Below the pieces are notes generated by a model. That model worked only from the letters and a program-made list of their open reading frames with translations. It ran no database searches and was not told where the DNA came from. A DNA stretch of 61,845 nucleotides, the filler included, from Choristocarpus tenellus KU-1152 (taxonomy: Eukaryota; Protista; Phaeophyceae): NCBI GenBank assembly GCA_964200185.2. It is 10 parts of 10 records of this genome, joined end to end, with 100 filler letters (N's around TTAATTAATTAA, not from the genome) between each part and the next. Parts side by side here need not be neighbours in the genome. Positions count along the whole stretch, not along the records: positions 27,589 to 36,197 come from CAXNAD020004532.1; positions 36,298 to 42,913 come from CAXNAD020007743.1; positions 43,014 to 49,957 come from CAXNAD020007001.1; 7 more parts are not named here. One strand, given 5' to 3'. Position numbers and translations under genes: made by a program. Numbering within the stretch: the stretch's first letter is position 1; the number at the start of each line of letters is the position of its first letter. Shown piece by piece: positions 34,451 to 47,900 of this stretch.

Positions 34451-35487
34451 GTGAGAATGAAACATTGATGGAATTGGATTGTTTGAGAATGAAACATTGA
34501 CGGAATTTTATTGTTTGTATTGTTTTTGTTGTGGTGTCTGCCAGTGCTTGTTGTGCTGTTGGTCACTCCATGGAAGGGTTGGTTGTTGAAGGAGGAGAGG
34601 GGAGAGGAGAAGGAAGAGGGCCATTATGCTTTTTTATGTGTTTGCTAATAATATTAATAATAATAACTTCTTGCTGATAACACACTACAGAAAAAGCTCT
34701 CTATGGTACTCCCCTCCCCCAATACAATAAGTGTTTGGTATTAATATTAGATTATTATATGGTAATGTGTACCCCAAATAATAATATTATTTTTTGTTGT
34801 TTTGCACTCCCGTTCTTAGTAGAAAAAACCCCTCTGCAATGTCTATCGTTTATTTTTTACTCCAAGCTGATAAAGAAAAAGCGGTACATATCTTTTTTTA
34901 GTGCCTTTTTTTCAGTGGTTAGGGTTAGGGTTACGCTTTTTGTTTTAAAACGATTGATCAAATAGGGATTGAACAAACCTAGCCTAGACCTCCCCTTTAC
35001 CCTTACCTATCCCTCTTGTGCCCAGCTTTTCAACAAGATATTCCCCAGCCCCTTAGTGGACAGTCTATGGATAGATCCGTTAAAGTTTGATTTTGATTGG
35101 CCTGTTCATCACTGCTCACAGGTTCCCATCGGCTATGGGCCCTTGTGTGGTGGAATTTGTACTTGGGGAGGCATCTATGGACACCATTGAGGGGAAAAGG
35201 GCAGAAGGTGTGGGTAGTAAACTCTAGTGGGTATTGGTTGTATTGTATGGTTATATCTACGATGTATTTATTGAAGTGCTACTTTGTTTGCATTTGTGTG
35301 TTATTTTTTTTGTATAATACGAGAAAATATTAGTTTAACTTTTATCCCCTTCACACCCATGTGTTGTGATTGGATACAAGCTTGCATTATTTTCTATTTT
35401 TCCGAAAAAAAAATGATTGTATTGTCTTGTCTCCTTACCGAAACTGTCTTGTAACTGAAAGGACCTCATGGAGGTCTGTTTCCAACA

Positions 35488-35572
35488 GTGGAGGCATACC
35501 CTACAGAAGAACAAGAACCTGGAGCACAGGTGGAGTTATACCCTACAGAAGAACAAGCCCCTCAAGCACAGG
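35488..35572. repeat. 42-bp tandem duplication
   Basis: gtggagNNataccctacagaagaacaagNNcctNNagcacag occurs twice. Confidence 0.85.
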
Positions 35573-35784
35573 TTGTGCACGTTGTCAGTGCTGCCTTAGA
35601 GGAGTGGGAGGTATGATTTGCCCCCCCCCCCCTCTCATCTCCCAACATTTAATGTGTGCTGTATGAGTATTACCTGTAGGAGCTGTTGTTGATCAATGGG
35701 GATGGGTCAGGTCTCTTCTTTTACTGGACGATTGCGATGTTTCTTGTGGTCTATGCACTAGACTGGAGACTTTATTTATTGAAA

Positions 35785-35815
<31 letters not shown>

Positions 35816-36968
35816 GGTGGTGGTGGTGTTGTTGCGGGTTAGGATATCTTGGTTGCTTCTGTTTTAGAGATTGGGATGGGATGGGTGTGAGAGTCTAGTT
35901 TTTAGCTTTATTTTGTTGTAAGTAGGAGTTTTTGTGTTTCTTATTTTTTTCAAGATTGTTTTGATTACTGAATATTGGGTGGTATTGTAGGACGGTGTTG
36001 AAAGCACATACAATATTATTATTATTATTAGATGTAGATTGCCAAACAATTCTTTCAATGGGTGCTTAGTTAGATGTAAATATCAATGTTACACATGTGT
36101 GTGTACCTATCCTTAATCTCCTCTTTCCCACCTCCTTACTGTCCTCTCCCCCCCTCCCCCGCCCCTTACTCCTCTTCCTCCCCTCCCCTCCCCTCCCNNN
36201 NNNNNNNNNNNNNNNNNNNNNNNNNNNNNNNNNNNNNNNNNTTAATTAATTAANNNNNNNNNNNNNNNNNNNNNNNNNNNNNNNNNNNNNNNNNNNNCAT
36301 AAAGATTTGTAGGAGGGGGGGCAACCCAACTCACCCAGCCCCCCTTCTTTTTTCCGTCTGGGCCAACTCATTCCCCCCCCCCCCCCCCAACCAAATCAGA
36401 TACCGAGAAAAAAGGAGGACTTGAGAGGTAGGAACATCAGAACCAACACTGGATAGGTGGGAAGTCACAGACTTCTTGAGAGTTCAACCTTTCGAACCTA
36501 GGGTTAGGAACAGGGTGAGGCTTGTTATTCGTGTTAGTTATCCTCTGTCATTATGGTACATGGTACCCTTCACGGCATTGTGATGGGAAATGTGATGCAA
36601 TGCAATACAGCACCTTTGCCATTCTTTGAATGAACCCTCTCTATTATTTATTCTCCCAAAGCAGCACAGTAGTAATATACACTGAACCACTGGACCAAGG
36701 TTTAAACACCCTCGACTGGTGCACACAATGGCTATTGGCAAGCACAGGTTAAATGATACCCCCCCTTGAATGTCTCCGATATAAATTGCCAAAACAAGGG
36801 TGAATACTTCAACCTCCTCTCTATTGAGATAACAAGGCAGCGGGAACTTTCATCAAGAAGAAAGTGAGTAAAGGAGAGTACAGAACACTGCCTTAATGCC
36901 AGGAATGCAGCATGCAATGCCCCCCACCCCCGTCCTAGGCTACAGACACACTTTTGAACCCTATGATT

Positions 36969-37208
36969 GAGTGAAAGTATCTTAGAGGGTACGATTTTTG
37001 CCCCGTTTGTCCATTTGGAGCTTGACTTCCCATGGAATTTTAATGACATTTTACCCAACTCCAAAATGCTCCGGAGTAGGTAAAAAGTATACGTTACGAA
37101 AAGGTGTATATGGAATAAGGATATTAACATCTCCTAACAAACATGATAGCCAAAATTACAAAAAATGAAAGATTGAATTTTGGTCCCCAAATGAAAGTGG
37201 CTCTACCC
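36969..37208. mobile_element. MITE family A, right TIR truncated
   Basis: gagtgaaagtatcttagagggtacg... aligns with the 25013 copy up to ctctaccc. Confidence 0.88.
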
Positions 37209-38558
37209 ACTATTGAAGTGTTTACAAAATGCCGCTTACGGTCAGAATAGTTACAACAGTACTACACAAGAATAAAAAAATCACTCATATGTCCACAATG
37301 TAGTGGCACTAGTGCTCTAGGATCCAATATTCAATGTGACATATAAGTACAACACCGCAATCATGGAAACACATAATGAGTTCCCATTTTGTAAAAATTG
37401 CAAATTCGGTTTTGTATTCAGTACTGCACAGAGTGCTAATACTACGGCTTCAAAAAAGGTGAGGGGATGCCGATCTCTGGGGACACAATAAAAGAACGAT
37501 AATAGAAGTGGGAATCAAGCTAGCAAATGCAGTTTGCATGCCAGCCTTTCGATGGGGTAATGTTGCCAGCATCATTAGGTCTTCCATTAATCGCCCCATC
37601 GATCACCTTACCTTGGTGTTCCATAGGTTCCACATCCATTGCGAAACTGTAAGCAACGCTTGCAGTTTTCCTAACATCCAACTTAGCTGGGCCCATTGTG
37701 CGCTGGTCAGCATGACAGGAATATGAACTGGGTTGTGAGACCAGGTGACATATACTAATGTGTTATTTGATGGTCCATGTATTTGTGATTCATCACTACT
37801 GGTCCAACCTATCAACAATTTAACAAATTTTACAAAATGTTAACGAGTAGAGGCAATCGCAGCACAAAATTGACAGGAAACGAAAATTTGTACCAACAAA
37901 TGCTGGAGACAAGAAGAGGGCAAGGACTATGCCTACGATAGGAACGAGGAGGGTGATAAGGGGAGAGACTGCAGAAAGAGTGCTAGCACAAAGGAGGGTA
38001 CAGCTGAAATCGAAATGGCAGCCTATGTGTCGAACCTGCTCCACCATTTTGTCTTTCAAGACTATATTCAAATCAATGGTACAGCCAACCAAAGTGAAGA
38101 GCTTCAAGTGTAAATTGATGCTGTGAAGTACAGCACTTCAGAGTAGTAACATAACCTGCAAATAATCATCGCTCCAGTAGCAGCTTGTTTAACCCCTCTC
38201 TGTACTTGTGGGAAAAGTCTAAGAAGAGCTAACAAGTGAAATGGGGGGGGGGAGTGAAAACAAAGGCAAGGGTAGTCAAGGTATATCCCACTTTGCCGTT
38301 AAAGATATCAAACAAGAACAAAATGAGGTAATCAGCAATCAAGTTTCACCTGCAGAGGAGTCATATATACAACTGCAAAGACACCTTACAGAAGACTCTC
38401 AGTTGAGTAGCAGATTGAGTGCTTAAAGAACATATGCTGCTTTGAGTATAGAAGATTCACAAACGAGTACATAAACACTACACATGTGCCCGAATGGACA
38501 CCCAGAGAGGTCAGTCAGACCAACATAACTACACACAAACAGATTAGCAGTAGTGTAC

Positions 38559-40948
38559 CTTACAAATTGTGTCAGAACTGACCAAAACAGCAGGCTCATC
38601 ACCAGTACAGGGGGAAGCAGAAGTCTGATATCGATTTGCCAGTACACATGCAATAACCTCCACGGTTTTGCCCAATCCCATCTCCTGCCCATAAGAGTAC
38701 GCAATAGAGTAGACAAATGACAAGAAGAACAGCGAGAGGATCAGACGAGAATCGAGAGGTTCAACAACTAGCAGGATTTCTGTGAGGGTATTAAGTTCAT
38801 GAATATATTGCTGGGTTTGGTACATTTTTATGTACTTATTTTCCTTATGACCTGTATATGCTCAAAAGGGGGTATATGACAAAACCGAAGTGGCAAGGAC
38901 GCTAATGATAGAGTTTGAGAGTTGGAGGGGGCAGGTTGGATTAGTTGGGTCGTTTTATTTGCATTTTTCAAGACGCTGCATATACAGAACAACAGTCACT
39001 TCTAGTGCTCTGCGCAGTAGGCATTCGGAGCTAAATCATGGGGTGAATGAATTATACAACTTGAGGGAGTAGATGCTAAAATTAATACCGCAACACAAAA
39101 TATTGGACATCACAGCCCCCAAGGAAACCTGCAGATAAGTGGCATAAAAACCAATTGTCACTCCACCATACTTCAGTATTGTATATGGCAACGAACTGTA
39201 GCACTATGGTTCCCTTCAGGTATTTCATTTGTCTAATCATCTTACAGGTATGCTACTGATAACGAATCATGAGGATTATGTTGTATACCACATGCTTAAC
39301 CCCATTCACTCAAATCTATAACACCATTTTTTTCGACTTTTGAAAATGATGCCTAGAGTTGGAGGAATTGCTGTGAATTTTGATACAAGAAAATCTATAT
39401 GCCAATGCACCTCAAGCAAGAACTAAGATATATAATCGAACCAATTCACAGTGCAGTTGTTCAATGTAGGATTCTAGATGTTGGGGCTGTTTGTACTTCT
39501 ACTGACATCATATGATTCGCAAAATCATCAAATAACCCAACCTCAAGCCACTTTCAGAGATATTCTCTGTACAATACAGACAACCTCTGCTTCACTGACA
39601 CACAACTAGTTGAATCTTTGCTGATCTGTGCCCCACAAAAATATCAGATACAAAGGAAACGGTACCCAATGCTATCCACCAGCACTGTCCTTTGCTAACA
39701 ACAGTTCTTCCAGCCGTACTTTGTGAAGGGTGGTGAGAAAAATGAAAAGATTAAACGTGACGAGCCTATAAGAGATGGGATAACAGCATGAACAAGAAGC
39801 AGCAGGCAATGAACCACACACCAAGGAGATCGTCAAAAGGAGCGAGCTTTATAAGGTAGGGGGCAAGTGCTGACTCTCACATCTGCCAAAATACCCCCAG
39901 AAGGTCGCATGGAGGGCACCCACGATTCCATTAGACCCCTTGCTAGCTCTCCCGAGAAAGTATTGAACCATACACATTCAGGTCTTGGTGGGGAAAGCCA
40001 CCCATGCTCATTGAGCCCGAAGCGACCAGCTTTCCCCGCTGCTGCAGCCGCTGCTTCCACCCTCGCAGACCCTTCCTGCTCAAGGTCAAGGCATACCCAG
40101 CCCAGAAGGACCGCCATTGCCCATTTCTCCTTGTGTATCTCCTCTTCCTCCCCGCTACCCTTCTGGCACTCCATCTGACGCTCCCTGTTGTACATTGACG
40201 ATTTTGTTTGGGGGAATATTTCATCGCAACCCCCGGCAGTGCTCTTCTGCCTGCTACTGCCCAAGTATCCTTCATTGTGCACTGAGGTCCTTTGGTGAAC
40301 CACAGTATTGGCCTTGCCTTTACCTTTCAATTTCCTCATCCCATTCACCTTCCCCTCTTCCAGAGGCTGGGGTCTAACATTTGCAACAACTTCGCTCAAT
40401 GTGGAAATAGTAGCACCTGATTTTTCTTGAGGGTGAGTGAATGTTGGGGTCTTGGTTTGTGACGACCTGTCAACCGCCTGGAAAAACACAAGACGGTAAA
40501 TGGGTAGGCACATTGCATAAGTATTGTCAAGGTTAACTAAGACCACCATTGTATAATGACCACCATTGTGCTAGTTAAATAGTGTAGTGTGCCAGGAGAT
40601 CACAAAACAAATGTTGTGTATACAAAAATACTCCGATGCTATTATAATGAGCCATATTGTGCGATTGTAGTGGTCTTCAGAGAGGCAACACATGGATAGT
40701 GCAGTTAGTAGTACACCAAACATGACTATCTCAAGCAACAACATTCAATATGATAAGAGTATAAACTGCATTATCTTTTTTTAGACAACACTATGTGAAC
40801 AGGATAATCTTGACACCTCAAGAGAAAAATGTCCATGGGAAGAACCCAAACACCTTTTCTCTTTCGACCATCCAATACACTGCTGCCATCTGGTGGTTGC
40901 GGAGCTGCAGCTTCAGCTCTGGCATAGCACACAAGGGCTCTGCAGGGC
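38559..40948 (-). CDS. SHPRH: SHPRH/Rad5-16-like SNF2 helicase, partial (exons 40948-40854, 40477-39881, 38684-38559; further exons likely on both sides)
   Basis: Spliced translation gives LKLQLRNHQMAAVYWMVEREK ... VWFNTFSGEL ... SGGILAD|EMGLGKTVEVIACVLAN (Q motif and Walker A of SNF2). 'GKTVEVIA.VL.N' and 'N.FSG.L' are typical of SHPRH. Exon phases are compatible. Confidence 0.78.
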
Positions 40949-41262
40949 CTGTGAGGAGGTGAAATTTTAGATGAGTCAGTGCTCATTTGGTGTTATGCTT
41001 CAGTTGGGGGAGGGGCTATTGGATTTGCATCTCGAAAAGCCAGGTTCAGAATGGGCATCATTTGGAACATCAGAAAGTGTGGATTGGGAAGATTTTCCAA
41101 TAAACATTAGATCAACTACATGCCACGTCCTACAATTCAAGCAACACCATCAAAGAATGGATCAACCAAAATATTGGTCTCCGGGGTAGGCTCCCCTTTT
41201 GGGAAAAACGTGAGCTTGGAGTGCACATGCTCCTTCTACCTCCTTACCCTCAAGATTGCACA

Positions 41263-41521
41263 GAGTCTAAGTAAACGAGAGGTACCCAGAGTTGCATTTT
41301 AAGGATACTGACAAATATGTGCATATTTCGGCATTTTGTGCAAACATGTGTGAAGAATTATTGGAATTGTGTTGGAAACGTTTTAAACAATTGAGAAATA
41401 AATCCTCTCAAGTCAAGCTTTGAACTTGATCCATAGAAATATGGGTAAATTGCAAAACACTGAAAACAGGCTTAAAATGCAAATCAGTCAAAACCTGGGT
41501 ACCTCTCGTATACCTTGGCTC
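41263..41521. mobile_element. MITE family B (259 bp)
   Basis: TIRs gagtctaagtaaacgagaggtacccag / ctgggtacctctcgtataccttggctc. Flanks aca/acc. Confidence 0.87.
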
Positions 41522-42394
41522 ACCAACCTTAAGTACTCGTTGCATGACAAGGAGAGAGGGTGCTAGGGAGTGGTGTTGACCATCAAGGACACAGAGAGCT
41601 CAATTTGCCAAATTTGAACCGTTTGTATGCTCTTCATGAACTACGCTGCATTCTTGAAAAGTCAAAGTATGAATTAAAAGTACAACTTATTTAGTGAACA
41701 AATATGTATATGGACGCGTCAAATAGGCCTGCTGGGTTTTTCCCAAATGGCTCTACAATCAGAAAAGTGGATCGATGAGGCGTATGATACTGTGTATGTG
41801 CAGTACACGGCGTGCTTTGCATAGTCCTCCATCCTCAATGGAAATAGAAAACAGAAGGAAATGACAAAGAAACTCCCAGACCTATCCAGAGTATAGTAAG
41901 CAGTATGTTGAGGTAGTCTTCGCAATAGTATTGAGTACAAGTGCCACGCACCAATTTTTCAGCTGTGCAGCCTGTGCTCGCACTTGGCTCTACCAAGGTC
42001 TAAGGGAAACTTCGCAACTATGGATCAAATATATCAAAGTCCACCTCACCATCTAACCACATTCACGATTTTGGTCGTGAACATTGATTCATAACTACAC
42101 ACAGCTCATGATGGCAGTATTGTACTACTGTAGTTTTTAGTGTTCTGACCCCTAAGTCAAACATCAATGCATTTACCTCTTCACCTATATCTCATACACT
42201 TGCCCCACCTATGCTCCAACACACACACCCAATGAGGGGCATACAAAAAAACACATCTCACCGAATAGATTCGGCCGGCTGGTCCTGCATAGTGCAAAAT
42301 AAACTATCAAAATGTGCTGGTTATTAAGCGTATCACATATTTATCACAGGCATTCAACGTTTCCATGGTTGGAATATGCATGCCAGAGTATACC

Positions 42395-42639
42395 GAGTCA
42401 AAGTCAACGAGAGGTACCCAGAATTGCATTTCATGGATGATAAATATGTGCTGAATTCGTTTTTTTTACAAATACGTACAGGACACTTTCGGAATCGTGT
42501 CAGAAAAGTCCAAAACAATAAATGTTCTCAAGTCAACTCAGAACTTCATGTATGCAAGTATGAATAAACTGCAAAAGATTGAGTAACATACTTGAAATGT
42601 AATAAGGTCAAATTCTGGTACTCTCATTTACTTTGGCCC
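42395..42639. mobile_element. MITE family B (245 bp), diverged
   Basis: TIRs gagtcaaagtcaacgagaggtacccagaattgcattt / ctggtactctcatttactttggccc. Flanks acc/act. Confidence 0.82.
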
Positions 42640-42814
42640 ACTTCGACAACATACAATCCCCTCTGGAACACACAATGACAACTTGGTATGCACCATATCG
42701 GTATGGTAGTTGGGGGTGGAATAGGAAAAGAGGGAGGGTAGAGTAGTGATGGGGGGAAGGAACGTATGTTTTCAACAAGTATATTAAACACTAATGGTCA
42801 AAACACAAAATAAT

Positions 42815-42913
42815 ACAACCAGGGAGATGGGCACGGAGGGGTCTGTTGGATTCTTGGGATGCCTCCCTAGCTCCCCCCTCCGGGGCACAGGAGTAGGTAG
42901 ATGGGAAGCTAAG
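42815..42913 (+). mobile_element. CRE-like fragment near the element 3' end, cut by contig end
   Basis: accagggagatgggcacggagggg..ttcttgggatgcctccctagctcc is the reverse complement of ~14160-14250. Confidence 0.75.
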
Positions 42914-43495
42914 NNNNNNNNNNNNNNNNNNNNNNNNNNNNNNNNNNNNNNNNNNNNTTAATTAATTAANNNNNNNNNNNNNNNNNNNNNNNNNNNNNNN
43001 NNNNNNNNNNNNNAATACCTTTGTGTGTGCGCGCGGATGTGTATTTGGACTAAGATCAGCTTTCGAAGGGACCTGTCCATCACAACTCCATTAATTCTAG
43101 GACAAATATGATGTAACAGGATCGTAACTGTGAATAGGAAGTCCTCTAAGAATTCTTAGAACATCTCTATGCTTGATGGTATGAACGTAAATAATGACAA
43201 ATAAGGGTACACACAACGCATTTGCGTGTGTCTCTCGCAATATATCTGACCACGATAACCTTTCAAAACGTCTATCACATTAGTTCTGTTCTCTTACATC
43301 CACAAAACAGTAGTAGAGTATACTAGACACGTTAAAATGAGTATGTGAACAGAATCGTAATTCATATCGCAATTAATACGTCACATTAGAAAAAAAGAAG
43401 GATTATCCATCTGAAATATTGGTATTATTGGGTATCATCAAACTCCTAACACACCATACAACACCTACCTACCGCATCCTCCCGAGAAGGCGACG

Positions 43496-45389
43496 ATGTC
43501 GTTCATCCCACGAGGATCCCCTTCCACGATGTGTGCAATGCTCACTGCATCCGCCGTTGGAACGGCCGGTTTCGCTTGGTCTGGATTTTGGACTGGCGAA
43601 GCCTTTACACCTCCTACCAACTCGTTCAAGGAGGGCAACAGTGTAACCAAGTGAGAAGACCCTTTGTTTGAGGTGCGTTGTGCACTAAGGCCTGCCCACC
43701 CTCGAATAGTAGGCGAAAACATGCGCAAGTATAGTGATAGTTCACAACGAACAGCATATCACGCTAGATAGAGTTGACTCGGTCTCCTCGATCTCCTCTC
43801 TGATGCAAAAACATCCTTGCCCCAACTCAGATTGAAGCCCCTCACCTCGGCCACCGGCAAGGTCACGGTACTACCTGGTAGCCAAGATGGTTACAGAACA
43901 AGCAAGGGATCTCTCAAACCTCTTGTTGTTTGTGGGCCGTCTGGCGTCGGAAAGGTCAGTGTCATTAGTCAACTTCTAAGAATATCTGCGGAGAAATGAC
44001 TGTATAGGCTTCATGTTTCCTGCTGGGTCGAAAACAACTTCTAATATCCTGATCCTTCTCCTTTCTGTGGACCCATGGAGTAATCGGTAAGTAATCCTTC
44101 TTCACTTGATTTGCTCACTGCAGGGCACGCTTATCGATAAGCTTATGGGGGACTATCCCGAGCAGTTCGGATTTTCTGTTAGCCACACCACTCGCAATCC
44201 TCGCCCGGGTGAGGTACATGGTCAGCATTATTATTTCTCGGACAAGGCGGCGATGCAGGCGGACATTAATGCTAACAAGTTCATTGAGCATGCCAACGTG
44301 CACGGCAATCTTTACGGCACCAGGTATGTTCCGTGATGATCAATTACTGTGTCAACGTGCCGCAAAATGCCCTGGCCATTGTTCAGTCCTGTAGCATTTT
44401 CTAGGACAGACACCCAACTTGACATGTTTCCTCTCGTTAAGTGTTTTTCACCGCTGAACTCACAACTGATGTGCGTACAGACTGTAACCTCGTCCTCTCT
44501 CTCCACTTTCCGCAATTTCTTGATCGTTTCAACCCCGCTTATAGCATTGCTGCTGTGGGAGAGGTGCAGAAGAAGGGTAAGGTGTGCATTTTAGACATCG
44601 ATGTTCAGGGGGTCAAATCTGTGCGGTCTGCTGGACCTGGAGAAATAGACCCGCATTACCTCTTTGTGGCACCTCCATCCATGGAATTATTGGAGAGGAG
44701 GCTTAGGGGAAGGTAAAGGGACCCAGTCTGAACCTATTTAAACACACACGGCAAATGCGCTTTATCAAAGCCTCACCCAAGGAAGGAATTTCTGGTGCGA
44801 CCTCTTGTGTTTTTACACCCATTGTCTCTTTCACTGTCACAGGGCATCGTTGTTAAGAAGTACCCATCCTCATTGCTCTCTTTCCCCTCTGCCAATTGTC
44901 ATGTTATGTGTTTTACAGAGGAACCGAGAATGAAGAGCAGGTCACTAAACGCCTGTCTAATGCAAGAGCAGAGGTGGAGTATGGAACCATACCTGGAAAT
45001 TTTGACAAGGTGTGTACTGTTCTTCAAATTTGATCTATGCACTGAATCTTTTGGCACCTCTATTTGTCTAATCTGTGTTTGGAGATTACAAGATAGTGAG
45101 TCTAATCTTTGTTTGGAGATTACAAGATAGTGAGTCTAATCTGTGTTTAGATATTACAAGATAGTGAGTCTAATCTGTGTTTGGAGATTACAAAATAGTG
45201 AGTCTAATCTGTGTTTGGAGATTACAAGATACTGAACCTCGTTCCCTCTTCTCCAACCTATTGCTTGTGGTGTTACAGGTGGTAGTGAATGACGACTTGG
45301 ATGAGGCATACGACAATCTCGTAACTACTGTGGAAGATTGGTACCCACATCTGTCTAAGGCTTCGGAATCTGTGGGGATGAATGCATAG
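43496..45389 (+). CDS. GUK1: Guanylate kinase, complete, 282 aa, probable plastid-targeting leader (exons 43496-43650, 43831-43954, 44124-44323, 44545-44712, 44919-45009, 45279-45389)
   Basis: P-loop VVCGPSGVGK|GTLI, FGFSVSHTTRNPRPGEVHGQHYYF, FIEHANVHGNLYGTS, CILDIDVQGV, FVAPPSMELLERRLRGRGTE, VVNDDLDEAY. All introns are GT-AG and in phase (849 nt CDS). Confidence 0.95.
45066..45235. repeat. 34-bp minisatellite x5 in guanylate kinase intron 5
   Basis: Unit gtctaatctgtgtttggagattacaagatagtga, five near-identical copies with no spacers. Confidence 0.95.
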
Positions 45390-45949
45390 GAAGATATCCT
45401 TCCACAGTTGATTTGTGCATGGGGTGGGTGGGCAATGGAGGTGTAGAATTTCCCATCTGCGATAGCCCTAGATGTGGGGGGCTTGGTGTAAGGGCCCTTG
45501 TTGTGAATGTCCATGCAGCTGTCCCTCCCATTCTAGAATATACTGTTGTGTTGACCCTGTTTTTACTGATCTGTTGTGCGTTTTTTGACTTCTTTGGATT
45601 TTGGGATGATTGGGGTACGAATTGGTGAAAAGTATGCCCACCTGTCAATACACTTCCTGTCACCCGCGATTTTGAAATTGTTCCTGAACTGTGTGTAGAA
45701 GTAGAGTCACCTTTTCCCTTTGGCTCTTTGCTGTTGAGTGTTACTCCTCTAAAAAACTTGTGTGTTTTCTTTCCATTAAGTATTTTGTTGTGTAATTTCT
45801 TGTCTGCATTGATTTGCAACTGTGTTTTTCCAGTCTTTGTTCATTATCAGTCCTCATTTATGGTTTCTAATCCTATCCAAAGACACTCGAGATGAATTAA
45901 CTACAATACCGTTTCCATCATGACCCGGTTTTGATTACTTGGTACTTGG

Positions 45950-47900
45950 AATTTGCAAGGGAATGGTGGATTTGTGTTGCTGGTGTGCTTGTCTCTTGAT
46001 GTACTCTGAAGGGCCCGTATTTGTATTTTATGTATCCCACACTATGAAGCGTGAAACATTATTTATCATTTGTGGTGTCTTCCTATGATGTAGGCTCTAG
46101 TTTTGGTCCTCTTTTGGAAATCCAGGCACGAGTGGAGAAATATTATAGCAATAGTATGTGAAAATAATTTCAACGAAGCTTTCAAATGTTTTGGAGGTTC
46201 TACCGCTCATCTCTCACTACCCATTGTTGACCACTATACAACTGCCTACATTATGCTCAGCATTTGTCGGGAATGCTATGCAAGTCTTGATTAGTGTAGG
46301 AAACCCCACATTCGCATTCGAGACACAAGCATATGAGTGGAGGGTATTGTTAAGCGTACAGGGCTTAAGTGTCAACCCAGTTGTAACTCATTTTTACAAA
46401 GTGGTGTGAAAACGCTGCCGAGCTCTTCTCTATATGATTGCACTTATGTTTGGTGTGTCATGCAGTCACTGTTTATATCTGACATATACTCCTTGCAACT
46501 CTTGTAAATTGGAGACAACCTGATAAGTACATAGTGGGACGTTAAACCCCGTCGTTTCTAAAATCTAGTGATCTTTCATGCTGCAGGGTTGCACTGTGTA
46601 TTTTTTTTTACAAGTCAGTGATCAGTGATAAAACGTGCAACCTCTGTACTTTTTATGGAGTAGTTCCTTATTCAGTATTAATTGGTTGCATCGTACCTGC
46701 ATGCCTGTTTACATGCCTGTATTTTGGGGGGGTGCAGGGGAAAAAAGTGCAGTTGTCCAGAATCATATCAACATCTTCACTGCGATGGTAGTTTTCTTCT
46801 TCAAATTTCCATAGTTTCTTAAAAGGTGCTGATAAAAGTACTTATTTTTCAATACCAGTGTGTACAGATGACCAGTCATGGAGTCTTACTTTCATTTGAT
46901 TCATGCTGCAGATCAGAGTGTTATTTTTTTATGATCATGTGTTATTAAAGAGCATGGAGTGTCGTATATATGCTCTCGACTAGGACTTGATTTCTCCTGC
47001 TGTACCACCAACCCAAATATTGTAGTAAGAGAGTGCGCATGCATTTTGCAATGGCATGGTAGCAAGGTGCAAAGTTGAGCTTACTTGATGCAATGACAGA
47101 CTACTTGATAAAGGTTGAAGTGTGTTTTAGAGGAACAGAGTGAAGCGATCACATTGTGCAAGGCTATACCTTGTTGGGGTGAGAATGAGCGCGCATTTTG
47201 AGTTTCCATTTTAGATCAGTGATTGCGGAGGACATCCAAACGAGATTTGGCAAGACATGCATTGTATTATCTTGTTGCAGGCAGAGAGTAGGTATGGAAT
47301 CAAGCTCACTTTTTTTTAATGCATGATAGGTTTAGATGGGCATGGGTAAGTGGGTAGGCTCATGTAGTAACCTATGCTGTAAAGATGCCCTTGTCAAGAC
47401 TGGGCGTAGGAGTTTTGAGGTGACTGTGTAAAAACGGGAGACTCCAATTTGCAGACTCTGTTGGATGCAGGTGGATGAGTGTCTCTCAATTGTGTTGATG
47501 TTAAGGGAACTTGCTGATAAGAAATGGATACAAACTGGATGAGAGAAGAACTGGAAGGCACTCCTTTGAGGTGAACATGGGATATTACTGCTTCTATAGT
47601 TTGTATCCAGGGAGGATGAGCGTCTCTCAATTGTGTTGATGTAAGGGGAGCTTGGTGATGGGATATGGAAGAAGGGTGCATAAAAGAATTGGAGGATGTT
47701 CCTATGAAAAAGTCTTGAGAAATTTGGAATCACAACTGAGGGATGGAGCGGAACTAGGGCAACCGATATAAGTGGTACAAGTATTTGGTTGACGCCACAA
47801 TGAGATTCATGGCAAAGTGGTCTTGCAAGGAAGCTGAGATAGGTGACCTGACATAAGTCATGCCAAAGCAGCAGTAAACGCGGCCCAAGCACAACAGGGC
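45950..47900 (+). mobile_element. Decayed RTE-like LINE (RT and C-terminus), with an internal duplication near 47470-47700
   Basis: DALVKTGRRSFEVTV*KR..DECLSIVLMLREL..G*EKNWKALL and KWYKYLVDATMRFMAKW match the RTE C-terminus. Weaker RT remnants lie upstream. Confidence 0.65.

Noticed and set aside
34709-35220. Possible Stowaway MITE (TA-CTCCCCTCCCCC..AATAAGTG)
   Set aside because: No convincing matching second TIR found.
37610-38205. Additional SHPRH exons (~38205-38156 and ~37727-37612)
   Set aside because: Splice sites and phase are plausible, but the peptides carry no conserved motif, so they were left out of the model.
45066-45235. CRISPR-like array (34-bp palindromic repeats)
   Set aside because: No unique spacers, no cas genes, and it lies in a eukaryotic intron; it is a minisatellite. 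The same applies to 27733-27840 and 60981-61143.
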